From NCBI GenBank assembly GCA_016712025.1, contig JADJRW010000007.1:289-64288 (forward strand): a DNA stretch of 64,000 nt, written 5' to 3'. Numbering within the stretch: position 1 is the stretch's first letter; the number at the start of each line of letters is the position of its first letter. The DNA comes from Flavobacteriales bacterium. GTDB lineage: Bacteria > Bacteroidota > Bacteroidia > Flavobacteriales_F > PHOS-HE28. The position numbers were made by a program, and so were the translations under genes. The notes beneath the pieces are model-generated. The model had not been told where the DNA came from. It did not search any database and was given only the letters and a program-made list of their open reading frames with translations. This document shows, piece after piece, positions 28,016 to 38,836 of this stretch.

Positions 28016-28954
28016 TCACACCTTCGTTGTAGAGGTCGATCCGAAACGGCGCACCATGGTCAACACACGGTCTATCTCGTCCGGTGCCATGCGGCTCTGC
28101 CACAAGGAAAGCTGCGCGTGTGGGTCGTTTACACGCGAACCTTCCACCACAGTGCTGCTCGGCTTGCGCACCAAGTCCAACGCCTTCGCAGGAATTTCCA
28201 TGCCCCAGGCGGAGAACATCTTGCGCAAGGTGGCTTCCGGGTGAACCACGAGTTCCTCGTAGGTGATCGTCGTCCACGCCATGTCGTTCAGTGGATGCTC
28301 GAGCAGATACTTGTGGTCGGCCGCCCAACTGGCGGCCTGTCTTTCCTCGAAGGTGGTGGCCGTGTTGAAGTGGGGCTGATAGCTGCGGTACAGCGCATCG
28401 AACCGATGCGGTGGTGGGTCGATCACCAAAGGGAACTTATCCCAAGTACCGCGCTTCTTCTGCGAGCTGATCACCGCGCACGGATGGCGGATCAACAGCA
28501 CGGGCTTGGGCAAGGGGAAGCGTTGCACCATCCATGGCAGCAGCAAATTGCCCCGGATGAACTTCACCACCAGCCGGTCCGCCTCGCGCAAGTGGGCGAG
28601 TGTGGAGGTGCGCGTGAGGTAATTGCTCAACATGCGCCCCGCGAGCATGTCTTGGAAGAGCGCTTCCGCTTCCGGCCAAGTTTCCCCTTCCGGAATATGC
28701 TGCCGCCACCAGAAGCCGATCCGCGCGAAGGGCGGGTTGTTCTCCAGGTCCAGCGGCTCCCATACCGTGGCCGTGCGTGGGATGGTACGCACCAACTCTT
28801 CCAGCCAGGTTGAACCACCGCGTGGCGCAGCGAAGATCAAAATCGCCCTGGCGGGATCCACCTGCAAGTGCCCGGCGATCCGGCGGCTGCCCAACTCCTT
28901 GTAGGTGTTGGCGAAGCGCGCACGTATGCGGTCGAGGAACGAGGGCGATGCCAT
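28016..28954 (-). CDS. Sulfotransferase family protein (PAPS-dependent)
   Basis: 312 aa. 5'-PSB-like loop IFAAPRGGSTWLEELV. 3'-PB-like block VLLIRHPCAVISSQKKRG. The family is assigned from motifs; the substrate is unknown. Confidence 0.7.
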   Translation of the reverse strand: MASPSFLDRIRARFANTYKELGSRRIAGHLQVDPARAILIFAAPRGGSTWLEELVRTIPRTATVWEPLDLENNPPFARIGFWWRQHIPEGETWPEAEALFQDMLAGRMLSNYLTRTSTLAHLREADRLVVKFIRGNLLLPWMVQRFPLPKPVLLIRHPCAVISSQKKRGTWDKFPLVIDPPPHRFDALYRSYQPHFNTATTFEERQAASWAADHKYLLEHPLNDMAWTTITYEELVVHPEATLRKMFSAWGMEIPAKALDLVRKPSSTVVEGSRVNDPHAQLSLWQSRMAPDEIDRVLTMVRRFGSTSTTKV

Positions 28955-29096
28955 GTGGAGGGCAAATAAAGCCGATCCGTGTCATGCTGTTCGTACCGTC
29001 GATCGATGAAGAATGAACCTGTGCTCGTGCGAAGCGCGAGCCGTGGCGATAGGCTTTCGGACGTTGGTGGTGCATCCTGCCCCCCGCCCGAAAGTC

Positions 29097-29104
29097 TACT
29101 TTTG
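29097..29104 (+). promoter_or_regulatory. Candidate Bacteroidota -7 promoter box (TACTTTTG)
   Basis: Exact TAnnTTTG match 47 nt upstream of the PASTA-protein ATG (29151), in the divergent spacer shared with the sulfotransferase gene. Confidence 0.3.
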
Positions 29105-29150
29105 CCGCGCTCCTTAGCCTCCTGGCCGGTCTGGTCAGCGAGGTACCTCC

Positions 29151-29960
29151 ATGTTCCGCAGGCTCGCATACATCCTTCCTGTGCTCACCGCCTTGGCCAT
29201 CGGCCTGGCCGGATGGGCCTGGGTGCGCGGTTACACGCGCCACGGGGTAGCGCTGGCGGTACCGGATGTGAAGGGGCGCACGGTGGCGGAGGCGGAGGCC
29301 CTGCTGCGGCCTCTGGAACTGACGGCGGAAGTGATCGACTCGGTACACAACGAGGAGGCGGTGAAAGGCGCGGTGGTGGAACAGGATCCGCGTGCTGGAT
29401 CGCAGGTGAAACCCGGGCGATCCATCTACCTGGTGGTGAACGCCCTGCAACCCGCCATGCTGGACATGCCCGCGCTGGTGGACCTCTCGAAGCGGCAGGC
29501 CATAAGCGTGTTGGACATCGTGGGATTGAAAGTGGCCGAACTGCGCTACAAGCCGGATGCCTGCACGGATTGTGTTGTTCAACAACTCTATCGCGGTGCG
29601 CCGATAGCCACGGGTACGGGAATCCGCAAGGGCGAAGCCATCACTCTGGTGCTGGGCAGCGGCGAGAGCGGTGAGCGCGTCCCTGTTCCGGACCTCACCG
29701 GCCTGACCTTTGCCGAAGTGTCAACGGTGGTGAACATGGCCTCATTGAACTTGGGCGCGGTGCTGGAATGTGCGGGATGCAATAGCAAAGCCGATTCGTC
29801 GTTCGCGAGGGTGTATCGCCAGGCCCCTGGCGCGGGCATGATCGCGATGGGCGGCTTGATCGATATCTGGCTCACTGCCGATACCGCAGGCCTGCGACCA
29901 GCCGCAGTTGACAGTCTATCCGATCCGAACGCAATCGAAGATGCCGATGATGCTCCGTAA
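29151..29960 (+). CDS. PASTA domain-containing membrane-anchored protein
   Basis: An N-terminal TM helix (LAYILPVLTALAIGLAGWAWV) is followed by three PASTA-like repeats (VPDVKGRTVAEAEALL..., MPALVDLSKRQAISVL..., VPDLTGLTFAEVSTVV...). Confidence 0.8.
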   Translation: MFRRLAYILPVLTALAIGLAGWAWVRGYTRHGVALAVPDVKGRTVAEAEALLRPLELTAEVIDSVHNEEAVKGAVVEQDPRAGSQVKPGRSIYLVVNALQPAMLDMPALVDLSKRQAISVLDIVGLKVAELRYKPDACTDCVVQQLYRGAPIATGTGIRKGEAITLVLGSGESGERVPVPDLTGLTFAEVSTVVNMASLNLGAVLECAGCNSKADSSFARVYRQAPGAGMIAMGGLIDIWLTADTAGLRPAAVDSLSDPNAIEDADDAP

Positions 29961-32169
29961 CGCGATCCTTTTCTTCCTCGCTATTTCACCTTTGCTGGCA
30001 TCCGCTCAGAGCGGCGAAGCATTGTTCCCCCTCACCGGCCAGCAACGCCCGGACAATCCGTTCCGCCAGCTACGCGCGTCGGGTGGGGACTTTTTCATCT
30101 ACGAGAACCAGCCGCAAACCCTTCCGCTGATGGACGATTTCTCCATCGATCGGACGAGGCACAAGAACGCGCAGAGCACCGATCCGGATGTCACCTTCAC
30201 GGACAAGGTGTACTTCCTCGAAGTGGCCGGCGTCTCCACGCCGGATATGGCCTTTATGACCGACACCACCTATAGCTACACTGTGGATACGGTGGGGGTG
30301 GATACGATCGTGCGCGTGGCAAACCCGGAGACCGCGGTGACACAATTCGATCTCTCGGACTACCCTTCCGCTTCCACGGTGATCACCGGATGGCCGCCTT
30401 ACGACATCTGGGACACGATCGGCGATCCGCAAACGGACACCATCCTGTACGCCCCCGATCTTTTCCAGGACAGCTTAATGGTCTATACCGTGGCACCCTC
30501 CTCGGCCACCTACGATCAGAACAATGTGGATGTGCCCTTGGTGCTTTGGGAGGATGATGAAGTATATGTGAACGGCACCTATCCCATCGATCCGCCCACC
30601 ATCGGCGTAGCCACCTTCGATGGGGTGAACCGCCTAGGGATCCCTTACGTGACGAACGCGCCCACGGCATACGGCATCAACGACCACCTCACTTCGGTGC
30701 CCATCAACATGCTCTATCCGCCGGGCGACTCGATCTACCTGAGCTTCTTCTACCAACCACAGGGCCTGAGCGGCGATGCGGAAGTACAGGAGGAGGACAG
30801 CCTGATCCTGGAGTTCTATGCGCCTGATGAAGATGAGTGGATGCGGGTATGGCGCGCGCCGTATACCGCGCTCACGGATTTCAAGCAGGTGATGCTGCCC
30901 ATCACCGACTCGCGCTTCTTGAAAACGGAGTTCCGGATGCGGTTCCTGAACTACGGAACGCAGAGCGGGGCGCTGGACCATTGGCACATCGACTACGTGC
31001 GTCTGGGCCGGCAACGCAGCGCGAGCGATACGGTCCTTGTGGACGTGGCCTACCTGTATCCGGAAGCATCGTTGCTGGAGACCTATACCTCGGTGCCGTT
31101 CGCGCACTTCACGCAAGCGCCGTCGTCGTACATGGCATCGTCCGTCACGCTGATGCAAAAAAACCTCGACGTGAGCGATCACTTGATCACATGGGGCGTG
31201 CGCTCCGGCCTGGATGGGGCAGCACCGATCGCCAACTTCGGAACGGGGAACAACATCATCAACAACGCGAACAGCACCTATCCGAGTTCCCATCAAGTGG
31301 CTCCTTTCGAGTTCGATCCCGGACTTTCGACAGGTGCCGCGTTCTGGCGCAACACGTTCTGGACGAACACCACCCCGGACATGAACCGGTACAACGACAC
31401 CACCACCTTCGTGCAGGAGTTGAGCAATTACTATGCGTACGACGATGGCAGCGCGGAGGCCGGCTATGGCTTGGTGAACGCACCGAACGGCAAGGTGGCC
31501 GTGCGGTTTGATATGCAGGCCGGGGATACCCTGCGTGCGGTACGGATCTACTTCGACCCCATCTTCTATCCCGAGAACCCTGACGCGGCACCTTTCCTGC
31601 TCACGGTTTGGAATTCGGTCCTACCCGAATCCATCCGGTTCCAGAACGTTTCGTTCAGCGATCCTGAGTACCGGCCGCACGGTCTCAACAAATTCGTGGA
31701 GTACCCGCTGGACCAGGTCATATACGTACCACCAACCTTCTATGTGGGTCTGGTGCAAAGCAGCACCACCTTCATGAACATCGGCTTCGATAAGAACAGG
31801 GACAATTCAGGCAAGTTGTTCTATGATACCGATGGCTTCTTTGAACCCACTTCACAGGTCGGGTCCTTGATGCTGCGGCCCGTGTTCGTATCCGACGTGG
31901 ATCCCTTCGTTGGGGTGGAAGAAGAGACCTTAACGCAACTCGCGCTGGCGCCGAACCCAACGTCGGACGGCTTCCAGGTCTATGGGCTCCCGGACGGTGC
32001 CAACACCTTAGAAATGCTGGATGCCACGGGACGAACGGTGCTGCATGGGTCGTTACGCAATGGCTCCTCGGTGGATGTGACGAAGGTGGCGCCGGGTCCT
32101 TACCTCGTTCGCACGAAGGATCCATCGGGGACCGTGATCGGCACAGGTCGTTTGATCGTACAACGCTGA
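29941..32169 (+). CDS. Large secreted protein of unknown function with a T9SS type-A C-terminal sorting domain
   Basis: ORF 29908..32169 trimmed to ATG 29941 (MPMMLRNAILFFLAISPLLASAQ). The C-terminus ...LALAPNPTSDGFQVYGL...LEMLDATGRTVL...GPYLVRTK...GRLIVQR fits the Por_Secre_tail pattern. Its start overlaps the PASTA gene by 20 nt. Confidence 0.7.
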   Translation: MPMMLRNAILFFLAISPLLASAQSGEALFPLTGQQRPDNPFRQLRASGGDFFIYENQPQTLPLMDDFSIDRTRHKNAQSTDPDVTFTDKVYFLEVAGVSTPDMAFMTDTTYSYTVDTVGVDTIVRVANPETAVTQFDLSDYPSASTVITGWPPYDIWDTIGDPQTDTILYAPDLFQDSLMVYTVAPSSATYDQNNVDVPLVLWEDDEVYVNGTYPIDPPTIGVATFDGVNRLGIPYVTNAPTAYGINDHLTSVPINMLYPPGDSIYLSFFYQPQGLSGDAEVQEEDSLILEFYAPDEDEWMRVWRAPYTALTDFKQVMLPITDSRFLKTEFRMRFLNYGTQSGALDHWHIDYVRLGRQRSASDTVLVDVAYLYPEASLLETYTSVPFAHFTQAPSSYMASSVTLMQKNLDVSDHLITWGVRSGLDGAAPIANFGTGNNIINNANSTYPSSHQVAPFEFDPGLSTGAAFWRNTFWTNTTPDMNRYNDTTTFVQELSNYYAYDDGSAEAGYGLVNAPNGKVAVRFDMQAGDTLRAVRIYFDPIFYPENPDAAPFLLTVWNSVLPESIRFQNVSFSDPEYRPHGLNKFVEYPLDQVIYVPPTFYVGLVQSSTTFMNIGFDKNRDNSGKLFYDTDGFFEPTSQVGSLMLRPVFVSDVDPFVGVEEETLTQLALAPNPTSDGFQVYGLPDGANTLEMLDATGRTVLHGSLRNGSSVDVTKVAPGPYLVRTKDPSGTVIGTGRLIVQR

Positions 32170-33296
32170 TGGGAAGCGACGCATCAGGTAGCTCGGCGCT
32201 GGCCTCCGGCACGAACGCGGGATCCATGGATAGTTCCCCCGAAGAGGAACTCTATGAGCATCACCGCATCGTATGCGACCCGAAACAGTCGCTCATCCGA
32301 TTGGATAAGTTCCTTTTCGTGCGCCTGGCGGCCACGTCGCGCAATCGCATCCAGATAGCCGCACGCGCGGGTAACGTGCTGGTGAACGGCAAGACCGCGA
32401 AGCCCAGCCAGAAGGTGAAACCCGGGGATGAGATCAGCATTGTGCTGCCCTATCCGCAGCGCGATACGGAATTGTTGCCGGAGGATCTTCCGCTGAACAT
32501 CCTGTTCGAGGACGAGCACATCCTGGTGATCGACAAGCAGGCGGGGCTGGTGGTACATCCGGGCCATGGCAACTGGACCGGCACCTTGGTGAACGCGCTC
32601 CTGTTCCACTTCGGAAAGCTACCGAGCACGCCGGGTGCGGAGATCCCGCGTCCTGGATTGGTGCATCGGTTGGACAAGGATACGAGCGGTGTGATGGTGA
32701 TCGGCAAAACGGAGGAAGCGCTCACGCATCTCGCGCGTCAGTTCTTCGATCGCACCAGCGACCGGCGGTACAACGCTTTGGTGTGGGGCGATTTCGACGA
32801 GAATGAAGGCGTGATCGAGGGCCACATTGGCCGCAGCGTGAAGGACCGCACGGTGCAGTTCGTGTTCGCCGAGGGCGATCAAGGAAAAGCGGCGATCACG
32901 CATTGGAAAGTGTTGGAGCGTTTCCGCTACATCACGCTGGTGGAGTGCAAGTTGGAGACGGGCCGCACGCACCAGATCCGGGTGCATATGCAGTATACCG
33001 GTCATCCGGTCTTCAATGATGCCACCTACGGCGGCGATCGCGTGCTGAAGGGCACCACGTTCACCAAGTACAAGCAGTTCGTGGAGAACTGCTTCAAGCT
33101 GCTGCCGCGGCAAGCGCTCCATGCCCGCACGTTGGACATCGATCACCCCATCACCGGGAAGCGCATGCACTTCGAGAGCCCGCTGCCTGCGGACATGGAG
33201 GCCGTGCTGGACCGCTGGCGCACTTACACGAACGCCAAGCCGATGGAGGAGGCGGGCGAGGAGTTCGATGCGGAGGCTGCGAACAAGATCAAGTAG
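32169..33296 (+). CDS. rluD: RluA-family 23S rRNA pseudouridine synthase (RluD-like) with an S4 domain
   Basis: ...RLDKFLFVRLAATSRNRIQIAARAGNVLVNGKTAKPSQKVKPGD...GLVHRLDKDTSGVMVIGK...GRTHQIRVHMQYTGHPVFNDATYGG. The start is either 32169 or the internal ATG at 32226. Confidence 0.9.
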   Translation: MGSDASGSSALASGTNAGSMDSSPEEELYEHHRIVCDPKQSLIRLDKFLFVRLAATSRNRIQIAARAGNVLVNGKTAKPSQKVKPGDEISIVLPYPQRDTELLPEDLPLNILFEDEHILVIDKQAGLVVHPGHGNWTGTLVNALLFHFGKLPSTPGAEIPRPGLVHRLDKDTSGVMVIGKTEEALTHLARQFFDRTSDRRYNALVWGDFDENEGVIEGHIGRSVKDRTVQFVFAEGDQGKAAITHWKVLERFRYITLVECKLETGRTHQIRVHMQYTGHPVFNDATYGGDRVLKGTTFTKYKQFVENCFKLLPRQALHARTLDIDHPITGKRMHFESPLPADMEAVLDRWRTYTNAKPMEEAGEEFDAEAANKIK

Positions 33297-33312
33297 ATCC
33301 GCGGCTACTGCC

Positions 33313-34252
33313 TTATAATTTCCCGCTCGCGGTGCGTTCGATCTTGCGCACGGCGAGCACGCGGCGGGGCCACTCATGAGGATGGAGCACGGCCATGAGG
33401 CGATCCATCACTTCCGGCATCACTTCATCATGGGGCAGGTCCGTTTCCAAGGCGAGCATTACGGCCTGGCCCAGGACGGGGTCCGCGATGGCCGTGAAAT
33501 AGTGTGGATAGGGGATGATACCAGCGGTCTTGGCTTCCAGTTGCTCGGGGAAGATCTTTTTACCACCGCTCAGGATCACATTGTCGAAGCGGCCCAACCA
33601 GCGGAAGTGGGTGTCATCCATCAACTCCACCAGATCATTGGTGAGGTGTTGCTTGGCAATGAGGTGCGGCGTGTAGATAACAAGGCAACCACGCGGGTCG
33701 CGCCCGAAATGCACCCGGCCAAGGGCGGTGAAGTGATCGGAAGGCTCCGGTCCGTTCAAGGCACGCAATGCGACATGGGTAACGGTCTCTGTGCTGCCAT
33801 AACTGAGGGCGATCGGGCACTTTCAAGTTGTTGAGCAAGCTGCCCCGTGGATCGATCACATGGAGATCGAGCCCGAGCGCGAAGGCGCGAACGAGCATCA
33901 TCTTGCCGGCCACGAATTCACCGGGTAAGCAATGCAGCGCCCGATCGCCGGGCACAAGTCCGAAGGTGTCACCCGTAAGGCGAGCGCTGTTCACCAGATC
34001 GCTCCTTCGTATGCTCATGTGCTTCGGCGGGCCCGTGGTGCCGCTCGTGAACGCCGGTATGGACGTACCGCCGAGCAGCGTGAGGTGCATCACCGTATCC
34101 GCGACGGGGCCGGTCCAGGCGTATTTCTTCATGTACCGCTTCACGGCCAGCTTATCGAAGTGCTTGTAGGCAGCGAGCCTATACAGCCGCACGCCATCCA
34201 CGGTAATGTGGTCGAAAGCGTTGGCGATCGTGGTGTGGTACCGCTTCGCCAT
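33313..34252 (-). CDS. menE: O-succinylbenzoate--CoA ligase-like AMP-binding enzyme (short Bacteroidota form), with one apparent frameshift
   Basis: ORF 33635..34252 contains AFTSGTTGPPKHMSIRRSDL. The C-terminal part is in the frame of ORF 33313..33768 (CPIALSYGSTETVTHVALRAL...ILSGGKKIFPEQLE...RTASGKL). The frames switch near 33819-33830. It is the last gene of the men operon. Confidence 0.7.
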
Positions 34253-34255
34253 GGC

Positions 34256-35314
34256 TCAAAGCTGCAACGTGGAGAGGTCCCATTCCGCTTCCGGCCGGTA
34301 GCGCAGGAAGCCCTTTTCCGCCAGCAGCGGCGAAGGGATATTGTTCTCGTAGACCTTGCCGGTACCCAGGCCTTGTGCCAGGGTCACGTTCAATGTTGCG
34401 GTGAACTGCGCGATCGCGTTCAGGCCGATGCTGCTCTCCAACGCCGAGGTGATCCACCAGCCGATGTTCCGCGCATTGGCCAGGTCGATCCATTCTTGCG
34501 CAGCGACCCAACCGCCCACGAGGCTTGGCTTGATCACGATGTACTGCGGCTTGACGTTGTCCAGCAGATCGATCTTCGCATCATGCGTATTCGCGCCGAT
34601 CAGGTCCTCGTCCAACGCGATCGGGATCGGCGGATCCGCGCAGAGTTCCGTCATCACTTCATAGAGCCCTGGCGCCACGGGTTGCTCTATGCTGTGGACC
34701 TGCAGATCCGCGAGCCGCTTCAGTACCTCCGGAGCTTGTTGCGCGGAGAACGCGCCGTTCGCATCAACGCGAAGCGTGAGGTCGCTGGCATTGTATTCCG
34801 CGCGTACCGCTTTGAGCAGGGCCAGCTCGTCCTCGATAGCGATCGCACCGATCTTCATCTTCACGGTGGAATAGCCGCTGTCGATCTGCTCGCGGATGCG
34901 CTGCTTCATCGTGGCCTTGTCGCCCATCCAGACCAGCCCATTGATCGGGATCGCTTGACGGCCCAGCGTGAATTCGGAGGGGAACAACGTCTTCGATCCT
35001 CCGGCTTCAAGGTCGCGCAGGCATTGTTCTAAGGCGAAGCGCACGCTCGGCACATCGATCAGGTCCGTGTGCAGACGTTGCTCCCAGTTGGAGGTATCGC
35101 TGCATAGTTCGAGCAACTTCGTGCGCACATCCGCAGGGAACTCCTTGCTATGGCCGGGGAAGAGCGCTGCTTCACCGATGCCCTGCACCTCCGGCCGGTC
35201 GCGGTGCCAAACGATCAGGTACCACACCGTGCGCGCGGTGATGGGCCCTTTGGAAGTACCCAGTTCGAAGCGGGGACGGAGGGTGTGTTCGATCCAGCGC
35301 GCGCGGAGCATCAC
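34256..35314 (-). CDS. menC: o-Succinylbenzoate synthase (enolase superfamily)
   Basis: 352 aa: ...VKMKIGAIAIEDELALLKAVRAEY...LRVDANGAF...IEQPV...IALDEDL...VIKPSLVGG. The metal-ligand and catalytic Lys pattern is that of the MLE/OSBS subgroup, in men operon context. Confidence 0.85.
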   Translation of the reverse strand: MMLRARWIEHTLRPRFELGTSKGPITARTVWYLIVWHRDRPEVQGIGEAALFPGHSKEFPADVRTKLLELCSDTSNWEQRLHTDLIDVPSVRFALEQCLRDLEAGGSKTLFPSEFTLGRQAIPINGLVWMGDKATMKQRIREQIDSGYSTVKMKIGAIAIEDELALLKAVRAEYNASDLTLRVDANGAFSAQQAPEVLKRLADLQVHSIEQPVAPGLYEVMTELCADPPIPIALDEDLIGANTHDAKIDLLDNVKPQYIVIKPSLVGGWVAAQEWIDLANARNIGWWITSALESSIGLNAIAQFTATLNVTLAQGLGTGKVYENNIPSPLLAEKGFLRYRPEAEWDLSTLQL

Positions 35315-36222
35315 GCAAGGATAAGGCCCAGCGAGAAGAGAATGGCGGTGAGGAAGGTGCCCATGGCGAGCACTTTCAATTGGGGGTCGAGCAGGCGCGG
35401 TTCCATGTTCGTGAAGACCTGCCTCAGATGGATGGCGAAGCCGGGCAGTGGGATCAGGAAGAGCCAGAAGGTCCAGCCATGCCCGTAGTAAGCGGAGAAG
35501 GTCACCAACGAAGCAAGTCCGCCGAGCACCAAGAACGCGTGGTAGCGCTTCGCTCCCGCCTCGCCCATTCGCACCACCAGCGTGCGCTTACCGCTGGCCG
35601 AGTCATTGGCGATGTCGCGCATGTTGTTCACGTTGAGCACACCGGTGCTTAAGAGCCCTAAGCCGATGGCGGGGAGCAAAGTCATCGGTTCGAAGTGCTG
35701 GGTGTGTAAATAAAACGTACCACACACGCCCACGATGCCGAAGAAGAGGAGCACGCTCACATCGCCGAAGCCTGCATAACCGTATGGGTTGCTGCCGAAG
35801 GTGTACTTCACGGCCGCGCCGATCGCGGCGAGACCGAGGATAAGGAAGACAAGGGTGGTCAGGGAGAAGCCGAGGGCTACGGTGATCAATGCGCACCCGC
35901 TGATGAAGGCGAGCGATCCGCAGACGATCATGGCACGCTTCATCGCTGAGGGGGAGATAGCGCCACTTTGCACCGCGCGTTGCGGACCGACGCGGTCCTT
36001 GTTGTCCGTGCCATGCTGGTGATCGCCGAGATCATTGGCGAGGTTGCTGAGGATCTGCAGCAGGATAGCCGTCAACAAAGCCAGAACGAGAACGACCGGT
36101 CTGGACAGCTCAACGAAACAGCTTACCCAACCCCAGTTCGTGGCCATGGCGCTGCCCACAAGAATGCTACTCACCGCCAGCGGAAGCGTGCGAAGACGGA
36201 AGGCGGAGAGCCAGTGCTTCAT
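35311..36222 (-). CDS. menA: 1,4-dihydroxy-2-naphthoate polyprenyltransferase
   Basis: ORF 35311..36324 trimmed to ATG 36222 ([27 protein letters not shown]...). UbiA-family motifs [15 protein letters not shown] and [16 protein letters not shown]. Confidence 0.9.
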   Translation of the reverse strand: MKHWLSAFRLRTLPLAVSSILVGSAMATNWGWVSCFVELSRPVVLVLALLTAILLQILSNLANDLGDHQHGTDNKDRVGPQRAVQSGAISPSAMKRAMIVCGSLAFISGCALITVALGFSLTTLVFLILGLAAIGAAVKYTFGSNPYGYAGFGDVSVLLFFGIVGVCGTFYLHTQHFEPMTLLPAIGLGLLSTGVLNVNNMRDIANDSASGKRTLVVRMGEAGAKRYHAFLVLGGLASLVTFSAYYGHGWTFWLFLIPLPGFAIHLRQVFTNMEPRLLDPQLKVLAMGTFLTAILFSLGLILA

Positions 36223-36268
36223 GCGGTGCGAACCTCTGCGTTCGCTGCACCTCTGCCTTGAGCCCTCA

Positions 36269-37091
36269 TCACGGGAACTTCGGAAACTTCTGGAAGTCGG
36301 GTGCGCGTTTCTCCAGGAAGGCATTGCGTCCTTCCTGTGCCTCGTCCATCAAGTAGTACATGAGCGTGGCGTCGCCGGCGAACTCCATCAGGCCGCGCTG
36401 GCCGTCGAGTTCGGCATTGAGCCCACGCTTGATCATGCGCAGGGCCATTGGGCTGCGTTGCATCATGATGCTGCACCATTCCACGGTGGTGTCCTCGAGC
36501 ATCTCGATCGGCACCACCTTGTTCACCATGCCCATGTCGAAGGCTTCCTTGTGCGCTGTATTGCAGGCAGAGGAACCAGATCTCGCGGGCTTTCTTCTGG
36601 CCCACATGCCGCGCGAGGTAGTTGCTGCCGAAGCCCGCATCGAAGCTGCCCACCTTGGGGCCGGTCTGCCCGAAACGCGCATGGTCCGCAGCGATGGTGA
36701 GGTCGCACACCACGTGCAATACATGCCCGCCACCGATCGCATAGCCGTTCACCATGGCCACCACGGGCTTGGGCAGTTCGCGGATGCGCTTGTGCAGATC
36801 GAGCACGTTGAGACGGGGGATGCCATCGGTGCCGATGTAGCCGCCGCGCCCCTTTACGTTCTGGTCACCACCGCTGCAGAAGGCCTTGTCTCCTTCACCG
36901 GTGAACACCACGACGCCGATGTTCGGGTCCTCGCGTGCGATGTCCATCGCATCGATCATCTCCTTGTTCGTCTCCGGGCGGAAGGCGTTGTAGACCTCGG
37001 GCCTGTTGATCGTGATCTTGGCGATGCCTTCAAAGAACTCGAATCGGATATCGGTGTATTCTTTGATGGGGTCCAGACGCGGGGATGCCAG
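36269..37091 (-). CDS. menB: 1,4-dihydroxy-2-naphthoyl-CoA synthase, with one apparent frameshift and no canonical start codon found
   Basis: ORF 36219..36959 (...[17 protein letters not shown]...[26 protein letters not shown]...GSFDAGFG...) joins ORF 36269..36742 (...[13 protein letters not shown]...[29 protein letters not shown]) near 36546-36552. The conserved N-terminus [34 protein letters not shown] continues upstream of 36959. Only CTG (37091-37089) is available in frame as a start. Confidence 0.85.
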
Positions 37092-37132
37092 GGTTGTCCG
37101 CTTGTGGCGTCGAACGCAACGGACGCGAACGG

Positions 37133-38814
37133 TCAGCGCGCGGAGTTCTTGAAATAGTCGCGGAGCACTTTGGGGGAAGTGATTGGGTCCGTGGTGATGT
37201 GGAGCACCGCGGGTTTGTCGTGCGGCTTGTAGAGTTGGTCCAGCCCGGTATTCAGCGAAGCTTCATCGTTCGCATGGTAGTAGGGTAGGGCGAAGCTCTT
37301 AACCAGTTTTTCGATGCTGCGTGTGTGTGGCGCCTCGAACCAGGGGAGCAGTTCGGGATCCTTGTCGGGCCCATCGATGTAGCGAAAGATGTTCCCGCCG
37401 CCATTGTCGATCACGATCACCTTCAGCAACGGCGAGAGATGCTCGTTCCAGAAAGCGTTGCTGTCGTAGCAGAAGGCGGTATCCCCGGAAATGAGCGTTG
37501 TGAGCTTTCCGGTCGCATGCGCTGCGCCCACGGCGGTGCTCGTGCAGCCATCGATACCGCTGGTCCCGCGGTTACTGAACCAGCGATGGCCGCGCACGCG
37601 ATCGAAAAGTTGCGCGTACCGCGCAGGCGTGCTGTTCGCCAGGTGTACATCGCTATCGCCGGGGATGCGGTCGTTCACGGTGTTGAACACGGTGAGGTCG
37701 CAGAACGGTGCTTGCGCTATGGAACGGTGATGGAGACCGCGTGTACGTTCATCGACCATTCGCCATGCTTCACGGTAGATGCTCCCGTTGCCCTTCACAG
37801 CACCACCGATCTGTGCGAAGAAGACCTCCGGGCTCACGGCGATGTCGTGCGTCAGGCTCTGGTAGGTATCATAGTGCCGCTGCCCCAGATCCACGTTCCA
37901 ATGCTGCGCAGGCTTCCACTTCCGCAGCAGCGTCTTGACACGTTTGCTGACGATGGCCCCGCCGACGGTGATGAGCAGGTCAGGCTTCAGGTCGCTCTCG
38001 TTCCGCTCATCCACCCCCTCGATCACGCGGTCGATGCAGGTGATGAACGTCGGGTCATCCAAATTCGATGTGGCTTCGGTGTGTACGGTGACCTGCGGCA
38101 AGGAAGCGAGCTGAAGCAGTTGTTTCCGAAGACCATCACTCCACGTTCCTTGTCCCGCCAACACCATCACTTTCGAACTCGACGTGATCTGATGGATCAA
38201 CCAGCGCGCATGTTCGGGAAGGATGAACGGCTCGGTCATCACTTGGGCGATGGACCGCGTATCACCCACAGCCGTGGTGGTCCCATAGAGCGGTTCGGTG
38301 AAGGGGATATTGAGATGGACCGGACCTGGAACGGGCAGGAGCGTAGCGTCGATCGCCTCATTGATCAGGCGCCCGCAGTGCCAGCGCGAAAGCCCATCCT
38401 TCGCATCGCGCGGCAGTTGTATGCTGCGCTTCATGTGCAACGCGAGCACGCCGTGTTGCCGGATCGCCTGGCCTTCGCCCTGATCCACCCATTCTTCGGG
38501 CCGATCGGCGGTGATCACGAGCAGAGGTACGCGCTGGTAGAACGCTTCGGCGATCGCGGGTCCGTAGTTGAGTACCGCGCTACCGCTGGTGCAGATCAGC
38601 GCGACGGGAGCGTGCAGTTGTTGCGCCATGCCCAACGCGAAGAAGGCGGCGCTCCGCTCGTCGATCACGCGCAGGCATGCGATGCCGTCTGCTTGTTGAA
38701 GGCGAGCACCAGCGGAGCACTGCGCGACCCCGGGCTGATCACCGCGTGTTGGATCCCCTTGGCGGCACAGAGCCGCGCGAGTTCGGCGGCCGAGAAAAGA
38801 TCGGTGGTGATCAT
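37133..38814 (-). CDS. menD: 2-succinyl-5-enolpyruvyl-6-hydroxy-3-cyclohexene-1-carboxylate synthase, with one apparent frameshift
   Basis: ORF 37133..38668 starts mid-protein ([16 protein letters not shown]...). My own translation from ATG 38814 gives [39 protein letters not shown], the ThDP-enzyme N-terminus, in another frame. The join is near 38687-38702. Confidence 0.85.
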
Positions 38815-38836
38815 AGGACCGCGAATTTACCGGGCC

